In this document: positions 46,374-61,131 of the stretch, in pieces
How the letters are laid out: each line of letters begins with the position of its first letter
How positions within the stretch are numbered: the stretch's first letter is position 1
NCBI GenBank assembly: GCA_964057225.1
Contig: OZ059897.1
Location: 11,036,001-11,100,000 of the forward strand
DNA length: 64,000 bases
Direction of reading: 5' to 3'
Origin: Auanema rhodensis
Taxonomy: Eukaryota > Animalia > Nematoda
Position numbers and translations under genes: made by a program
The notes under the pieces: generated by a model
Told to the model about the DNA's origin: nothing
The model's database searches: none
Seen by the model: the letters and a program-made list of their open reading frames with translations, nothing else

Positions 46374-46445
46374 GCCCAAGTAGTATAGTGGTTAGTACTC
46401 CACGTTGTTGCGGTGGCGACACAGGTTCGATTCCTGTCTTGGGCA
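46374..46445 (+). tRNA. tRNA-His body with GTT anticodon (also 46706-46777), probably defective
   Basis: CCACG-TTGTTGC-GGTGG; A box, B box and acceptor stem are intact in this copy. Confidence 0.6.
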
Positions 46446-47039
46446 CTTTTTGTTTTGAAATTTAAATGCTATAAAATTATTGCTTGCTTGTCATGTTAGA
46501 TTTGTTTAATTTAAATACTCATTCAAGTTATATCAATTTTTGATGTAATCACGTTTAATTAACTGTATTGTTTTCAAAAACAAAGACATATTTCAATTTC
46601 TGTTCATTGAATTAGAATTTTCATGTTGTCACACAGAAATTGAAGAATCTTAGTTCATTTCAGTAACAGTGAACACACTAACTTTGTTTAGTTGTTGTAA
46701 TATCGGCCCAAGTAGTATAGAGGTTAGTACTCCACGTTGTTGCGGTGGCGACACAGATTCGATTCCTGTCTTGGGCATTTTTGTTTTGAAATTTAAATGC
46801 TATAAAATTATTGCTTGCTTGTCATGTTAGATTTCTCTAATTTGAATACTTATTCAAGTTCTAACAATTTTTGATGTAATCACGTTTAATTAACTGTATT
46901 GTTTTCAAAAACAAAGATATATTTCAATTTCTGTTCATTGAATTAGAATTTTCATGTTGTCACACAGAAATTGAAGAATCTTAGTTCATTTCAGTAACAG
47001 TGGACACACTAACTTTGTTTAGTTGTTGTAATATCGGCG

Positions 47040-48611
47040 TTCAGTGCATATGGTGTTTGTAGTCTACGAGTGATCAGAAATACGCATGCGAATAGAATTG
47101 GCTTAAAGCGAGAAGTTTTTTTGCGTTTAATTTAAGAAGCACATTGCTATTTCTGTAGATATTATTTGTCATCGATGAAGAAAATATATTTTATAGAAGA
47201 TGGAAGTTTACAGATTAGAATTATTATTGGATATCCAGCAGCTTTCACCTCTTCTGGAACCAGTTTGCCAACATTGGAGGATATAAGTGAACACAGAAGA
47301 AATGTTTCATTGTTGGAATCCATGAATCATAATGAAAAAGAGCGCTACTTCAGTAAATTAACCTTCATAATTCAATTTTAAATTTTTTGTAGATTCCTTC
47401 TTGGCTTCAGTTACGGACAGTGGAAGCTTACCGACTATTGGCTTGTGTTTGATGTTAGATACCACGTTTTCTCTTGGTTCAGCTAAATACGTAACATTGG
47501 TTTTAGGAATTTCGGATTCTTACAAGTAATTTTCTCAACAATTTCATCATTTTCTGTTTTACTTTTCAGAAGCAAATTTTCAAAAAAAAATTCAAGTATT
47601 ATTTTGGGTGTTATGATTCATTCAAAAAAAAGATACTGAAGATCATGAAGAACTTAGCTTGTTTTCAAATAAGATGTTCGAAAAGTATTGTCCAGGAAAA
47701 ACAATAGGAATTCAAGTACATGATGGAGAGCATAGTTTTCATGTTTATAATTCGGTAATCTTTGAAAAATATTTAGTCTATATTTAGCCAGCTATTTAGG
47801 GTTCTTTCTTGAAAAACTCTATACTTATTCGTTGTGACGTGCATCGACTCAATAACATGAAAGATGCTATTAATAAAGACAACCTCCACAATTACCACCT
47901 GGTCAAAGAGCTCATGTATGGTGTAAAAAGAAATGTGAGAACAATTTGAGAAAATTCAACTAAACTTTCTATTTCAGACTGATAAAGGCACTATACTCAA
48001 AAAAGGAATATTGTGCTCATTAACAAAAAATGAATATGAAGAAAAGATGATCAATTTTATCAATGAAACTGAAGGATCTCTCAAAAGATGGTTTTTTTAG
48101 TTCGGTTTATAAATTAATTTTGAATTTTAGGCTCACGTTGAATTTTACCAGTTTATACGAGTGTAACTCTATGGGAAGAAAACTTTTAGCTGGATGGCCC
48201 AATTTCTTTCTTCAAATATAATCGAAGCTCGTAATTGTCATCTTAAACAACTGATATCTTGCAAAAAACCTACGCAAAAACTTTTGAATGATTTCCTCAA
48301 TCTGCATAAAGGTATATAAAATATACTGAATAATAAAATACAGGAATTTCAGAAGAAATATAAAAGAGGGTCAGATCTGTTGGCGGTATCTCTAACAAGC
48401 TAATAAACGATTTTGCATTTACTCCCAACGAATGGAAACTCAAAAGTGCTTCCCAGAAGCGATTAGCATTAACTACATTTGGATTACAAAACTGTATTCC
48501 ATTGAACGTGTTCGATAATGTACCCGATTGGAGTCTGCCTTTGAAACTTCCAATTGAGACGTCAAATTCGCTGGTACAGGATACAAGTGTTCATATAAGT
48601 GGCAGATCGTG
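47040..48611 (+). pseudogene. Intron-containing Mutator/MULE-like transposase relic
   Basis: Manual splicing gives LMLDTTFSLGSAKYVTL, VHDGE, LIRCDVHRLNN (CxxH) and NIIEARNCHLK, which is the MULE DDE motif order. Frameshifts present; no TIRs seen; boundaries approximate. Confidence 0.6.
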
Positions 48612-48694
48612 TAACTTTGTTTAGTTGTTGTAATATCGGCGTTCAGTGCATATGGTGTTTGTAGTCTACGAGTGATCAGAAATACGCATGCGAA

Positions 48695-51600
48695 ATTGGA
48701 AATGAACAGGAAAATTATTGACGAATATATCGACAACGATATCATTGAAGGAGTTCCCTTTGAAACTTCCAACAATACTCATAATTCTGATATTATATGT
48801 CATTATATTCCACATCATGGGGTATGGAATACAAACAAGCCGAATAAACCTTTACGAGTTGTATTCGATGCTTCAGCTAAAACTGAGGGTAAATTATCCC
48901 TTAACGACATACTATATACTGGAAAAAGTTTTGTGAACAATATTTTCAACATTCTAATTGCTTCAAGAATAAAACCAATCATTATTACTTGTGTTATTCA
49001 ATCAGCCTTTTTACAAGTAGGCTTACAGAAGCAACATCGGGATCTTTGCCGTTTCTTTTAGGTAAAGGATTCTCAAGGAAATTGTAACCCAAGTAATACT
49101 AAGGTTTTTCGATTCAAACGCATACCATTTGGATTGACTGCCTCACCTAGCATACTAAACATGAGTGTAAATTGGTATTTAAGCTCTTTGAATACTGACT
49201 TATCAGATGAAATATTAAATACATTATATGTAGATAATATTCTATTATTTGCTGATAGTATAGATGAAGCTCAACAGAAATGTTCACTTACACAACAATT
49301 ATTTCAAAATATGTCGATGCATGTTCGTCAATTTGCATCGAATAAGCCAGAAGCTCTTCAGCACCTTCATAAAGATAATATTCTTTCTGATTGTCCACTG
49401 AAAATTCTTGGAGTACCTCATAATGCTCTAAGTGATTCCCTTTCAGTTCGATTCAATATACCGGAACTCTCTACAGTAACCAAACGAAACGCATTACAAC
49501 AATTACATTCAGTTTATGATCCTTTGGGTATAACAAATCCATTAATTGTACCCTTGAAGGTTATTCTTAGAGATGTTTTTGCAGTTAAAACAGAATGGGA
49601 TGATACTATACCTTCTGAATTATCAGCCTCTTGGACATCAACAATTAACGAGATTAATTATGCTAAGGTTACTGTACCTCGGGTACTATCACCATCTATT
49701 GAAGAAGGTACATTATGGGTCTTTGCTGACGCTAGTTCAACCGCGTTAGCTGTGTGTGCTTACATACAGACTAACAACAAAATGAGTTCTATTCTAGCAG
49801 GTAAAAGCCGCTTATCTCCTAAAACACCAATTACAATTCCACGCATGGAACTCTTAGCTATTCGATTAGCTATGAGACTTTCTCACACAATATTAATGGA
49901 ATTACCATGTAAAAAACTAAATATTGTAAGTGATAGCATCATTGCGTTATCATGGATTTCAAGAAATAAGCAATTACCTGACTTCATAGCAAAACAAGTT
50001 CAAAATGTACAACATATGACCCGTGTATTTGAAGAACATTCGATTAATGTTCAATTTTACCATGTTACTACGGATTATAATCCGGCTGACATTGGTTCAC
50101 GAGGAGCCAATAAATATCAACTTCAGGAATCTATGTGGCTTCTTGGACCACAGTGGATTCTTAACAGAACCGTTCAAGCTTTAACACCATATGGTTCCTT
50201 GCAAGTGATGTATGTTCCACCTGTATCATTACTTATAGCTCAAGCTATATCTGTACTTTTGGAACATAACCTAGCTTATCATAACGGTCATTTTGCAACT
50301 TTACGTTTGTTAGCACGTTTGGCTAAAATTATAAAAATATGGCATACAAAAACATTTAAAAATCGAAATGGACATAAATTACGGAATATTTCACAAATAT
50401 CAACATCATATCCCGTTTTAACAACTGATTTGAAGATAATACGTACTATTTTAATTCGACAAGCTCAAGATCATCTCATTATTGATGATTTACGACGACA
50501 ATATCCTGGTTATCATTTTTATCATGATGATAACGAGATACTTCGAGTAAGAAACCGATTACAAAATTCTTTACTATCCTATGATACAAAAAACCCAAAA
50601 AACCAAAAAGAATTTTTGATCACACATCTTCGTCAAACTTATTTTATTGCTCGCGCTGCAGCAATTATAAAACAAACTTTAAAGAAATGTCATTTATGCA
50701 ATAAATATCAATCTTTACCATATGGCACCCCTGATACGCCTTCATTGCCTAAAGATAGAGTGATATTAACTAAACCATTTCTTAACACTGGTTGCGACTT
50801 ATTTGGACCTATTATGCTTAAAAGTGGACATAAGGTCTATGTATATCTTTTTACTTGCTTAACCATACGTGCCATTCATCTTGAAATGGTCTATGATCAA
50901 ACAGCGACTTCATTTATGAACGCTTTCACTCGTTTCATAGCCCGACGAGGTTTACCAACCACAATGCGAAGTGATTGTGGGGGTAATTTTATACTCGGAG
51001 CTCAATTAATTGAGACAATACAAAAATCAGCTGAATTTAATTTCACCCCAGCTGATATTGTAGTCCATCTAGCCAAAAATAACATAAATTGGCTCTTTAA
51101 CACACCCAAGTCACCATGGAATGGAGGTTCTTGGGAAAGAATGGTGGGAATTACTAAAAATGCAATGAAAAAAGCAATACAAAGAAATAAATTAACATTT
51201 GATGAATTATTAACTTTAATTGTCAAAATTGAAGCAGTCATTAACACAAGGCCTTTAACACATCCAGATCCAAATAATATAAATCACGTACCTATTCGTC
51301 CTGTCGATTTCATTTTGCCTGGTCTTGTTTCTCTACCGGATGATTGTGGTTCTCGAGTTTATAATAATTCCATTGATATTCTTGTAATACAAAACGTTGA
51401 ACAAGCATTAGAAACTTTACAACTTACTTCTTATGCAGCTACGATGTTTTGGGATAAATTTCAAACAGAATATTTGATATATATTCGTGATATATACAAA
51501 CATTCCCGAAAACAACCTTCAGCAAAAGCCAATAAACCTAATATTGGTGAAATTGTAGTTATACATAACGATAACTTACCTCGTGGTCAATGGAAACTTG

Positions 51601-51778
51601 GTCGAATCACAAAACTTATAAGTAGTTCTGATGGAATCATTCGTACAGCTAAAGTTTTCACTCCAGCTAGAAACAACATATCACGTTCCTTAAATCATCT
51701 ATATTCACTTGAATTACGAAGTGTTTTACCTGATATGACATCAATTCCTCGATCTACTCCTTCCGAAGACGAAATGAA
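48695..51778 (+). pseudogene. pol: BEL/Pao pol fragment of a different family (RT-RH-IN), no LTRs
   Basis: YIPHHGV, LRVVFDAS, YVDN, VFADAS, CDLFGP, GGSWERMV. In-frame TAG at 49059; integrase HH segment deleted near 50595. Confidence 0.9.
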
Positions 51779-52680
51779 AAAAAAAATTGGTGTCTATTAA
51801 ACGGTATAAAAGTAAATACCTCTAAATCTAAAGTAATGATTATATCTAGTACTACTACATCAAGATTGAACACAATTTTCAAACTTGGCGACATCTCGTT
51901 AGCCACAGTATCAACATACAAAGATCTTGGTGTATGTACAGACTATAATCTTTCCTTCAATAGCCATATAAATAGAATATCTAACATTGCTGCTCACAAA
52001 TGTCGTGTTATCTTGCGTTGTTTTTACTCAAGATCACCAACCTTGATGTTTAAACTGTTTTGCTGTTATATTAGGCCTATATTGGAATATGCCTCAGTTG
52101 TATGGTCTCCTCAAAACAACAAAGATAAAGCACGCATTGAGTCTGTACAAAAAAAAATTCTTAAACGCTATTTTTAAGAGAGCCGCAATAGCTTTGGAAT
52201 ACAAAAACCAGCTATTGTTTCTTGGAGCTAAGGAACTATCTTTTAGAAGATTGTTAATTGATCTAGTTTTTTAACATAATCAGATAACCAAAAACATTCC
52301 AGAAAACAGCCTTAATTTTTTTACTGTCAAGCACTACGCTCATTCACTTCGTAGACACCTATGGAATGTTGAATATCCTGATCTTTGGAAAAGCGAAACA
52401 AGAACTGGAATTGAATACAGAGCTATTCAAACCTGGAACACTCTACCTGAAAACATCGTTCAACTGAAAAACACCGCCAGCTTCAAAAAACATCTATCTA
52501 TTATTTTAAATGATTTTTAACCTGTTCCTTGTTAATGTAACTTGAAATCTTGTTCATGTATATATTTTTCTTTCTATTACTAGCATTTTGCCTCACTGCA
52601 TGTTATGGTTAGATAGTTTCCTAGTTTACTTCTGAGACCTGTTACTACGTATCGAATCCTATAGACATTAGTCATATGGA
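51779..52680 (+). mobile_element. 5'-truncated CR1-like non-LTR retrotransposon (LINE) relic
   Basis: YKDLGV, YIRPILEYASVVWSP, IESVQK, WNTLPENIV.....FKKHL; frameshifts and stops; 3' UTR from about 52520. Confidence 0.82.
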
Positions 52681-52855
52681 TAAAAATCGTGGCAACCATT
52701 AGTCCACGTCAAGTCACACCAAAAAGACTTGAACCATAAGCAAACTCTGCAGACAGAAACAGAGATTCACTATCACATATACTGTGATCACCGAACAAAC
52801 AAAAAAAAGAGAAAGTAAAAGGAATATAAGCATTATTCCTACATCTACGACAAAA

Positions 52856-55800
52856 ATGTCACTCCTTTTTGTCAATCATATCAAACAATCTAACCAGTTT
52901 CTCGGAGAATTACTTACACGATACGAGATGGAAAAGAAGGACCTTCCTGGTATTCTGGTAGATTGCGACTTCCACACTGAGGAAGAAGAGGAAACCCTCT
53001 CTTGCCTTATCATTCGCTGGACAAAAGTCCAACATCAATTCAAAGAATCGTTGAAAAATCATCAAGATAACGAGAAAAAATTCCAAAAATTTTACGAAGC
53101 ATCTGACAAAACGCTTCGTAAAGCATTAGACGAACAGTACATCGCCTTCACATCCGATGAAGACTTTGAACCCAACATTAAAAAGGTTCAAAACGCCATT
53201 ATTAAGCTTGACGAACACATCATGAAAGCCGAACGCATACTTAGAAAACTGAGAAAAACGCTTCATAAGAATGAATCTGAGCACAACAGCAATTGCTCAA
53301 CAGAAAACAATGAAACAGAAAACAAATCGAATAATCAATTTCTGGAAATTATCAAGTCATTCCTACACATCCAACAAACTAGCATTCAAAAACGAGCGAT
53401 GTCGCTACCTACATTTGATGGCAAACCAGAGAACTTCAAATCATTCTGGGGCCGTTTTGATAGACTTGTTCATGATAATGAACAGTTTACAACCTTAGAA
53501 AAGGTAAATCTACTCTGTGAAAGCCTCAAAGGCGATTCACAAATAGCAATCAGAGGAATAGAACCTTCTGCTCAGAATTATGAGCTCATGCGTGAAGCAT
53601 TAGTTTCTGAATTTGGAAACTATTCGTCGGATATCAACTCTCTTTTAACACAACTACGTAATTTGAGATTTGCAAGCAATAATGCAAAAGCATGCAAAGA
53701 AACATTTGGAGAAACCAAGGCACTTATCAAGCAAATTGAAGCAGCCGGAGCTACAGTATCCCGCGAAATGTGTACCGCGATGATTCTCAACAAATTCCCA
53801 TACCACATCGTGGAAGACATTTTAATTCATCCAAACAACTACCATTCTACTAAAGAAATGCTGGCAGCTGTAGACCACAAAATCTATTCGTTTATTCTGA
53901 GAGAACAAACAAGAAATAATCATGAACAAAAGTTTCGAAATCACAAATACAATGTCACATCTGTTTCACATGAAGACAGCACTGCAGAACAACGGAAAAC
54001 CCAAACTTGGCCATGTGTCTTTTGCGACTCATCCGAGCATCGTTTTCATCAATGCACCACATTTGCAACACCAGAGAAAAGAAGGTACCGCATTCGCGGA
54101 AAGGCCATCTGTTGGATTTGCTTTTCCGATAAACACAAAAGTTCGGAATGCAGAAAACAAAAATGTTGCAATTGCCAAGGAGATCATAATTCCGCCTTGT
54201 GCTCACAAGGAAGAAAAAGTGTACAAAATATCCAAAAAGATAAAGAAACTCCCACAATTAAAAAGGGTCAGGCTTTACTGATCACCACAGAAGAATTAAA
54301 AAAGATCCATGAGATCTTTTCTATCCAAGGACCTATCTACAAGATTAGGACTGCCCATTCTTGGTTCTCAGAAGAGAACCTTTTACGGCATTGGAGCATT
54401 ATCAGAAACATATGAGGTTGAAGATGTTAAGGTAATTATTGGAACCTCAAGTGGATCCCTTATCGTAACAAAACTGTTCACAAAACCCATGTTAACCACA
54501 CCTATACGGTGTCCTAAACTATCTGATGAAGACTTAAAATTCATACAAAAAAGAAAAATTAAATTAGCCAATCCAAAAACAAACGGAGAATCATTTACTC
54601 CGGATATACTGATAGGTATGGATAGATACAAACTATTCATGCACTTAAACGAAGAAACCGAACTCCCCTCACGTATGAGATTGAAAAACTCGGTATTCGG
54701 CCACATGATACATGGGGAAGCTCCTCTTTCCGATGATAATACACAACAGGAAATAATATTATGCTCTACATTAGAAGAGATAACAAAAGAAACTTCTCAT
54801 AAAGAACTCCTCACTAATCTGTTTGAACTGGATTCTATCGGCATCAATACAGAAAATGCCAACGCAGACCGCACTATTGATTACTATGAAGAATACTCAA
54901 AAGATATAAAAATTGAGAACAACCGTATTATTGCACCGTTCCCGCTAAAAAATAACCTCCAAAATCTTAAAAACAACAAAATGCCCGCGTACCATAGATT
55001 CGTATCCCTGTGGCGAAAGTTACTTCACAACCCAGAAATGCTCTTACACTATACTACAACCATTGAAAATTACCTCAAAGATAACATTGTCGAACAAATT
55101 CCCAGCAATCACCAGGAGCCTTTAGAGTTTTATATGCCCCACCATGGGGTTTGGAAACCCAGCAAGGCTAACCCTCTCAGAATCGTTTTTGACGCCTCCG
55201 CTAAACAGAAAGACAGCCCATCGTTGAATGAGATAATACACACAGGACGATCATTTATCACATATATACACGACATCATGATCTCCTGCAGAACAAGACC
55301 AATAATAATAACATGCGATATTAAAGCCGCATTTTTACAAGTACAATTGACAGAAAATCACAAGAATTTATGCAAATTCTTTTGGATAAAAACCAAAGAA
55401 TACCCAATATCTCACAATAATATCATAACCCTTCGATTCAACAGATTACCGTTCGGTATCACTGCATCCCCCAGCGTATTGAACATGGGCATAAAATGGT
55501 TCTTAGAATCAAAAGTAGACAACCCATTAACTATGGAAATCCTGCACAACTTATACGTCGACAATATCATTCTTACAGCAAATACAACCGAAGAAGCTAT
55601 AAAGAAATGTAAAGAAACCCAAACACTATTCACAGAAATAAACATGCATGTTTGCGAATTCTTGTCAAACGATGAACAAGTAATACGGAACCTTCCTGAA
55701 AAAGACAGATATCCAAACATGATAACCAAAATACTTGGGATATCTTTTAATAAAGAAAACGACTCTTTCATTATCCCAATAAAAATAACAACAACTCACA

Positions 55801-58800
55801 CAAGTTACACCAAGAGAATTCTACTCAGTCAGTTACATTCAATATTTGATCACATTGGCTTATCAGCACCAATACTCTTACCCCTCCAACTTATCTTGCG
55901 AGAAATCATTAACACAAAATTATCATGGGACCAACCCATTGACTCAAACAGTATCAAGCAATGGGAACAACATATTACTCAGATTAACAATAAGCAATTA
56001 ACCATGAACAGATATTTTAAGTTTTCTGAACATGAAACACAGTTATGGGTCTTTGCTGACGCAAGCAACCAAGCCATGGCCGCTTGTTCATATTTCCAAA
56101 CAAACGAAAAGATTAGTTCTTTACTCAACGGGAAATCACGCATAGCACCCAAAAATAAAACTACAATTTCACGATTAGAGTTACTAGCCATTCGTTCAGC
56201 TGTACGAATGGCATTATCTATTGTCACCATATGTCCGAAAATAGCAAAAGTTAACATTGTGAGCGATAGCAACATCGCACTATCATGGACTGTCTCACAA
56301 AAATCTCTCCCACTGTTCATTAATAATCAAACAAATATTATACAGAAACAGCTCAAGCAAATCGAACAACTATGTTGCAATATAGAACTATATCACGTAC
56401 AAACCTCGTACAACACAGCACACATCGGATCTCGAGGTGCAGACATGGAAAAACTACAAGTTTCCGACTGGATTGAAGGCCCACATTGGTTAACTAAACT
56501 TTCCATGCGTAACCCTCTGACATCACTCGGCTCACCTAACAACTCGAGCAGGAATAACGCAGAATTAAAATCGGAGCATCACAATGTGGTCCACATAATC
56601 ATAGACAACCCTCCAACCCATGATATTTGGAACATTCGTGAAAACTATGATGACGTGATCAGAACAATGACAACCGTAGGGAAATTATTCAAAAAATGGT
56701 TTATCACAGTCCATCCTAACAACGCCAACAAGTTGCAAAAAATAAAACATCTCACATCAACAGACACGCACACTGTCGAAGACATCAACATAATTGAGAA
56801 AATTTTGATCAGTAACAGTCAATCTAATATGAGCTTTGATGAGCTACAGCAAAGACATATAAATCTAAAAATTTTCAAAGATACATGGGATATTTATCGC
56901 ATACGAAGCCGTTTACAAAATACTCTTCTTCCCGACGAGACGAAAAACCCAATATTCCTTCTTAAAACAAACCCCATAGTTAAAAAACTGATCAATAAAA
57001 TACACAAAGACAATAATCATCAAGACAAACATTTCACGCTTATTCAACTCAGACAAAAGTTTTATATACCGAAAATAACCGGAGTCATCAGACAAACATT
57101 GAAAAACTGTGTGACATGTAAAAGATTTCAATCACACCCTTATGAATTACCAGATATGCCATCGCTACCAAAAGATAGAGCGATTCTTACAAGAGCATTT
57201 TTTTCCACAGGGTGTGATCTTATGGGCCCCTTCACCCTTCGAAATGGGTATAAAGTCCATATCTGTCTGTTTACATGCATGACAACTAGAGCAATTCACT
57301 TAGAGGTAGTCACCAATCAATCCACAGTTGCTTTTATGAATGCATTCACTAGATTTATATCACGCAGAGGTACTCCAGAAAGTATGCGTAGTGACTGTGC
57401 AGGAAACTTTATATTGAGCTTAAAAATATTAGAAACCCTTGAAAAAACATCGGATTACAACGAAAGAAGCTTACTAAATACACTAGCACAACAAAAAATT
57501 AAATGGATATACAACACTCCATTATCACCCTGGAAAGGTGGATGTTGGGAACGTTTTGTAGGTGTAACCAAAGCTTCACTCAAAAAATGTTTCATTCCTA
57601 GTCGAATGTCCCTGGATGACTTACACACAGCCATTGTAAAAATAGAAGCTATAATTAATTCACGCCCACTCACCCATCCACACCCAGATAATTTAGATAC
57701 TCTACCCATAACGCCAATTGACTTTTTAACATCAGCCATAAAGTTTTCATTACCTGAAAACAACGCGGATACTCATATATTCGATATCCATAGCGATATT
57801 CAAACGATTCAATCAACAGAGCAAGCGCTAAAAGCGGTTCAATTATCAGAAGAATCAGCATCTAAAGCATAAAGCATCTAAAGCATTGAGCATAAACACC
57901 ATAGAAAAAATTACACAAACATCTTCCCCCAACCAGATGAAATAGTATTGATACAAAATGACATGTTGCCACGAGAAACATGGAAGCTTGGGCGCATCAT
58001 AGAAACAATCACTAGTTCAGACGGCAACATACGTTCCGCAAAAGTAGTAACTAGTAATGGAAACATAATTAGCAGATCAATCAATCAGCTCTATCCTTTG
58101 GAGATAAGATGCAACATACAGAACAACAGTACTCCAATAGAAAGTATACCCAAACAAAATCCCCATGAACCAATAGAACATGAAAGACATGAGGATAATA
58201 ATATGAATAATACCAAACCCAATCAATACATTTCAATCAAAGGACAATATACAAGCCATTCCATTAAAAATGTCATATGCTCTACAACAAAGAAGGAACA
58301 AGAGAAACCCTAAAATAGCAGCTGATATAATGAAGGCTCTCTCTTTACCTTATTATAATAACTTCGAGTCATGCTCAAGAAATGAATAACTGTCAGGACC
58401 ATAACATGTTCACGAAAAAACTCATAGCAAATCCTCATTGTTTCCCAGAATTAGCAACATTGAATATCATAATAATCATAATGGCAGTTACACTCATAGT
58501 CTCTTGCCTTTGTCGCATAGTGTATAGCCAATACAAATATAAGACATGGTCAACAAATACTCGAAATATGCTTAATGTGCTTAATATTCAAAACAGAAAT
58601 CAAAAAGTCCAAAAAGAAAAAGACCTCGGAATGGTCCAAAACACAACAGACAACAATGAAACTACAGATATGATACATATAAACACACGAGAAGACGGTA
58701 ACAGAGAACAAGAAACCTCTCAAAAAAATATTTATCCCACGCTAAACTTTACAAGAAAAACACTAAGATTCTCTATCCTCACCAGAGGATCTCAATCCTC

Positions 58801-60330
58801 CTTACCTTCATTATTTGCAATAATCTTAGTTGTATACATAGGAAGCTCCCATTCTTGCTCCGATGTTCATGTACAACATTATGTTAACATACGTTGCGAT
58901 CAAAACTTAGAGTGTTATCACGAATACAGTCAAGACATAATATTCTCTCCCGGAACAAAACAGTTATGTATCAACATAATACACTCTAATCATGAAATTG
59001 GCCAATTCAAAATAACTAAACTATACACGAAACATATCTGCCAAAAGAACACCAGATACTTCACCAGACTGACGACCGCCAACATATCCAGCATCTTACG
59101 ATGCCGCCATAGAGGCTCATGTGACGGAACATGTGAAATTAACTCACTTCATGATCAAATCGAGGAATTTAAACCATATTTGTTCCCTACACAATCTGGC
59201 TGTTTCACATCTTCAGCGAGATTTTACACATGTCCTATGATTTGGACATCTACAAAATAGAGCATATACCCATCACAGAAAAAGTATACGAAGTCTGTAC
59301 TGTGATAGTTGGTTTACCCAAACTGTATTCAATATATAAACAACACTACTCCAGCAGAAAAACAATTACAATATCACTCTACAACCTTACACAAAAAATC
59401 GTGAACAACTTTTCAATATAACAACGTTATCACAATCCCAACTTCCTCCAGAAATGTCCACAAAATTATTTTTTTCCTCGAAAGAAAACACGTACATTTC
59501 GGATATACATACAAAGGGAATAGTTCAATGTGCAACAGAGGAAGCCGCATTAAAACATTTCAACAATTGTACAGTATCCTCATTTTGCCCATGCACATTT
59601 AACAGATTTGATGAAATAAAATGTAGGTGTGATACCCCTACTTTTGAAAAAATGTCCAATACATCAGACATGAGATCTCCTAACCAAAACTTCAAAACTA
59701 AAGATAACACGTTATCATTCTCTACAAATTCAGACGAAAGTTTTGTTACGGTCGATTCATCCCTATTCTTAAACTCAGTTATTTTTCCCAACAATCTGCC
59801 TTGTGCACCTGCCCTCACAAAACTATCAGGTTGCTACTCCTGCGGGCAGGGTGCGTTCGCAGAATTCCAATGCCTTACGGCAGAAGAAGCATGGATTTCT
59901 ATCGAATGTCAAAGAGAAGTATTCATGATAAAATGTTCTCCATAAGTAGCAATTACGGAAGTAACAATCAAAAGAGAAAATTCTCAAATTGATGAATTCT
60001 GCTATACCACATGCGACAATAAAAAAATTGAGATTATTGTTAAGGGAACATTACACCACATAGCAAGCATAGATGAAATAAACGAAAGTGACTCGAAAGA
60101 GGGTTCAGAATCCAAATCCATTGACTTTGCTCCAATCTTCAAACTAATCCTATCAAAGTTGGGAATCATACTGATAGGCATTGTCATTACCGCTACTATA
60201 GGATATGTAGCATGCACGCCAATGTTATACTTTGTATTGTTAAATACAGTATTAGCCATACAATGGATGGCCAAAAGGATGTTTGCAATATACAGAAATT
60301 TCACAGCCTCACTTCGAGATCAGAGATTTT
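52856..60330 (+). pseudogene. Disrupted gag-pol-env polyprotein of BEL copy 2
   Basis: ORF pieces 52784-54415, 54309-57872, 57948-58313, 58382-59260 and 59454-59945 align to copy 1. A deletion of about 200 bp near 54300 removes the protease catalytic Asp. Confidence 0.92.
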
Positions 60331-60647
60331 AATAGAAAAGATATAAAAGGTAGAATAAACAAAAGCAAAGTATAAACTAAAATTCACATAAATAAAATAA
60401 ACCAAGGAGAGAAGAGAAGGGATTGATTTCTGAAATAATAATGTAACATGAATCTGCTAGTTTTACTTAAGATATCTAATCTGTAGTATTGAATTACATA
60501 ATAACTCGTTAACAGACGTTTAATGGATAATATCAAAAACAGAAGGATACCATATTAATTTCTGAATGACGTAATAGACACATGTCATAGACCAGACGTC
60601 AACCAGTATATAAGGTGGCAAAACAAGTTTGCCTCAACTCAGTAGTA

Positions 60648-61109
60648 ATGAAGGATATAACGCCTAACTTAGTTGAGAACACTTCCTTCGAGGAAGATCT
60701 CAAAAAGTATTCGCATCTACCCAATACTACTGCAAACCTGAGACAGCTAATGGTCCTTGAAAAAAGGTTCTATGACAACCTGGCCAGCGCTGTGAACCAC
60801 CTATCCGAGAGGCTCGACAACATTAACCACTCTCTAAATTTGAAACTAGACAACCTAGCCGTCCAAACCGCGCCAAAGGCCTCCTGCATCTTTTGCAGCA
60901 AACCGACCGCCGATGGTCACCGAACCGCAGCTTGCCCAATATATCCCTCGTCTCCAGAGCGGACTCTACGTCTACATGAATTGGGACTATGTATCAGATG
61001 CTTGAACCCGAAACATCCGGACACATGCGAGGTATCTTGTTATAGGTGCAAAGCAGAAACCCACCATGAAGTTGTATGTGGGGAGAACAAACGTAAAAGA
61101 CCCATGTAG
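60648..61109 (+). CDS. Accessory zinc-knuckle protein of BEL copy 2 (intact)
   Basis: Homologous to 9011-9472 with the Cys/His pattern retained and many synonymous differences. Confidence 0.8.
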   Translation: MKDITPNLVENTSFEEDLKKYSHLPNTTANLRQLMVLEKRFYDNLASAVNHLSERLDNINHSLNLKLDNLAVQTAPKASCIFCSKPTADGHRTAACPIYPSSPERTLRLHELGLCIRCLNPKHPDTCEVSCYRCKAETHHEVVCGENKRKRPM

Positions 61110-61131
61110 GTCTTTACACTCTTGCCGGAAG

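Larger units (their letters stand above)
45257..47039. repeat. tRNA-His array block 3: one inverted copy, a scrambled junction, four forward copies
   Basis: Copies at 45302-45373 (-), 45710, 46042, 46374 and 46706 (+); block-specific SNPs. Confidence 0.93.
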
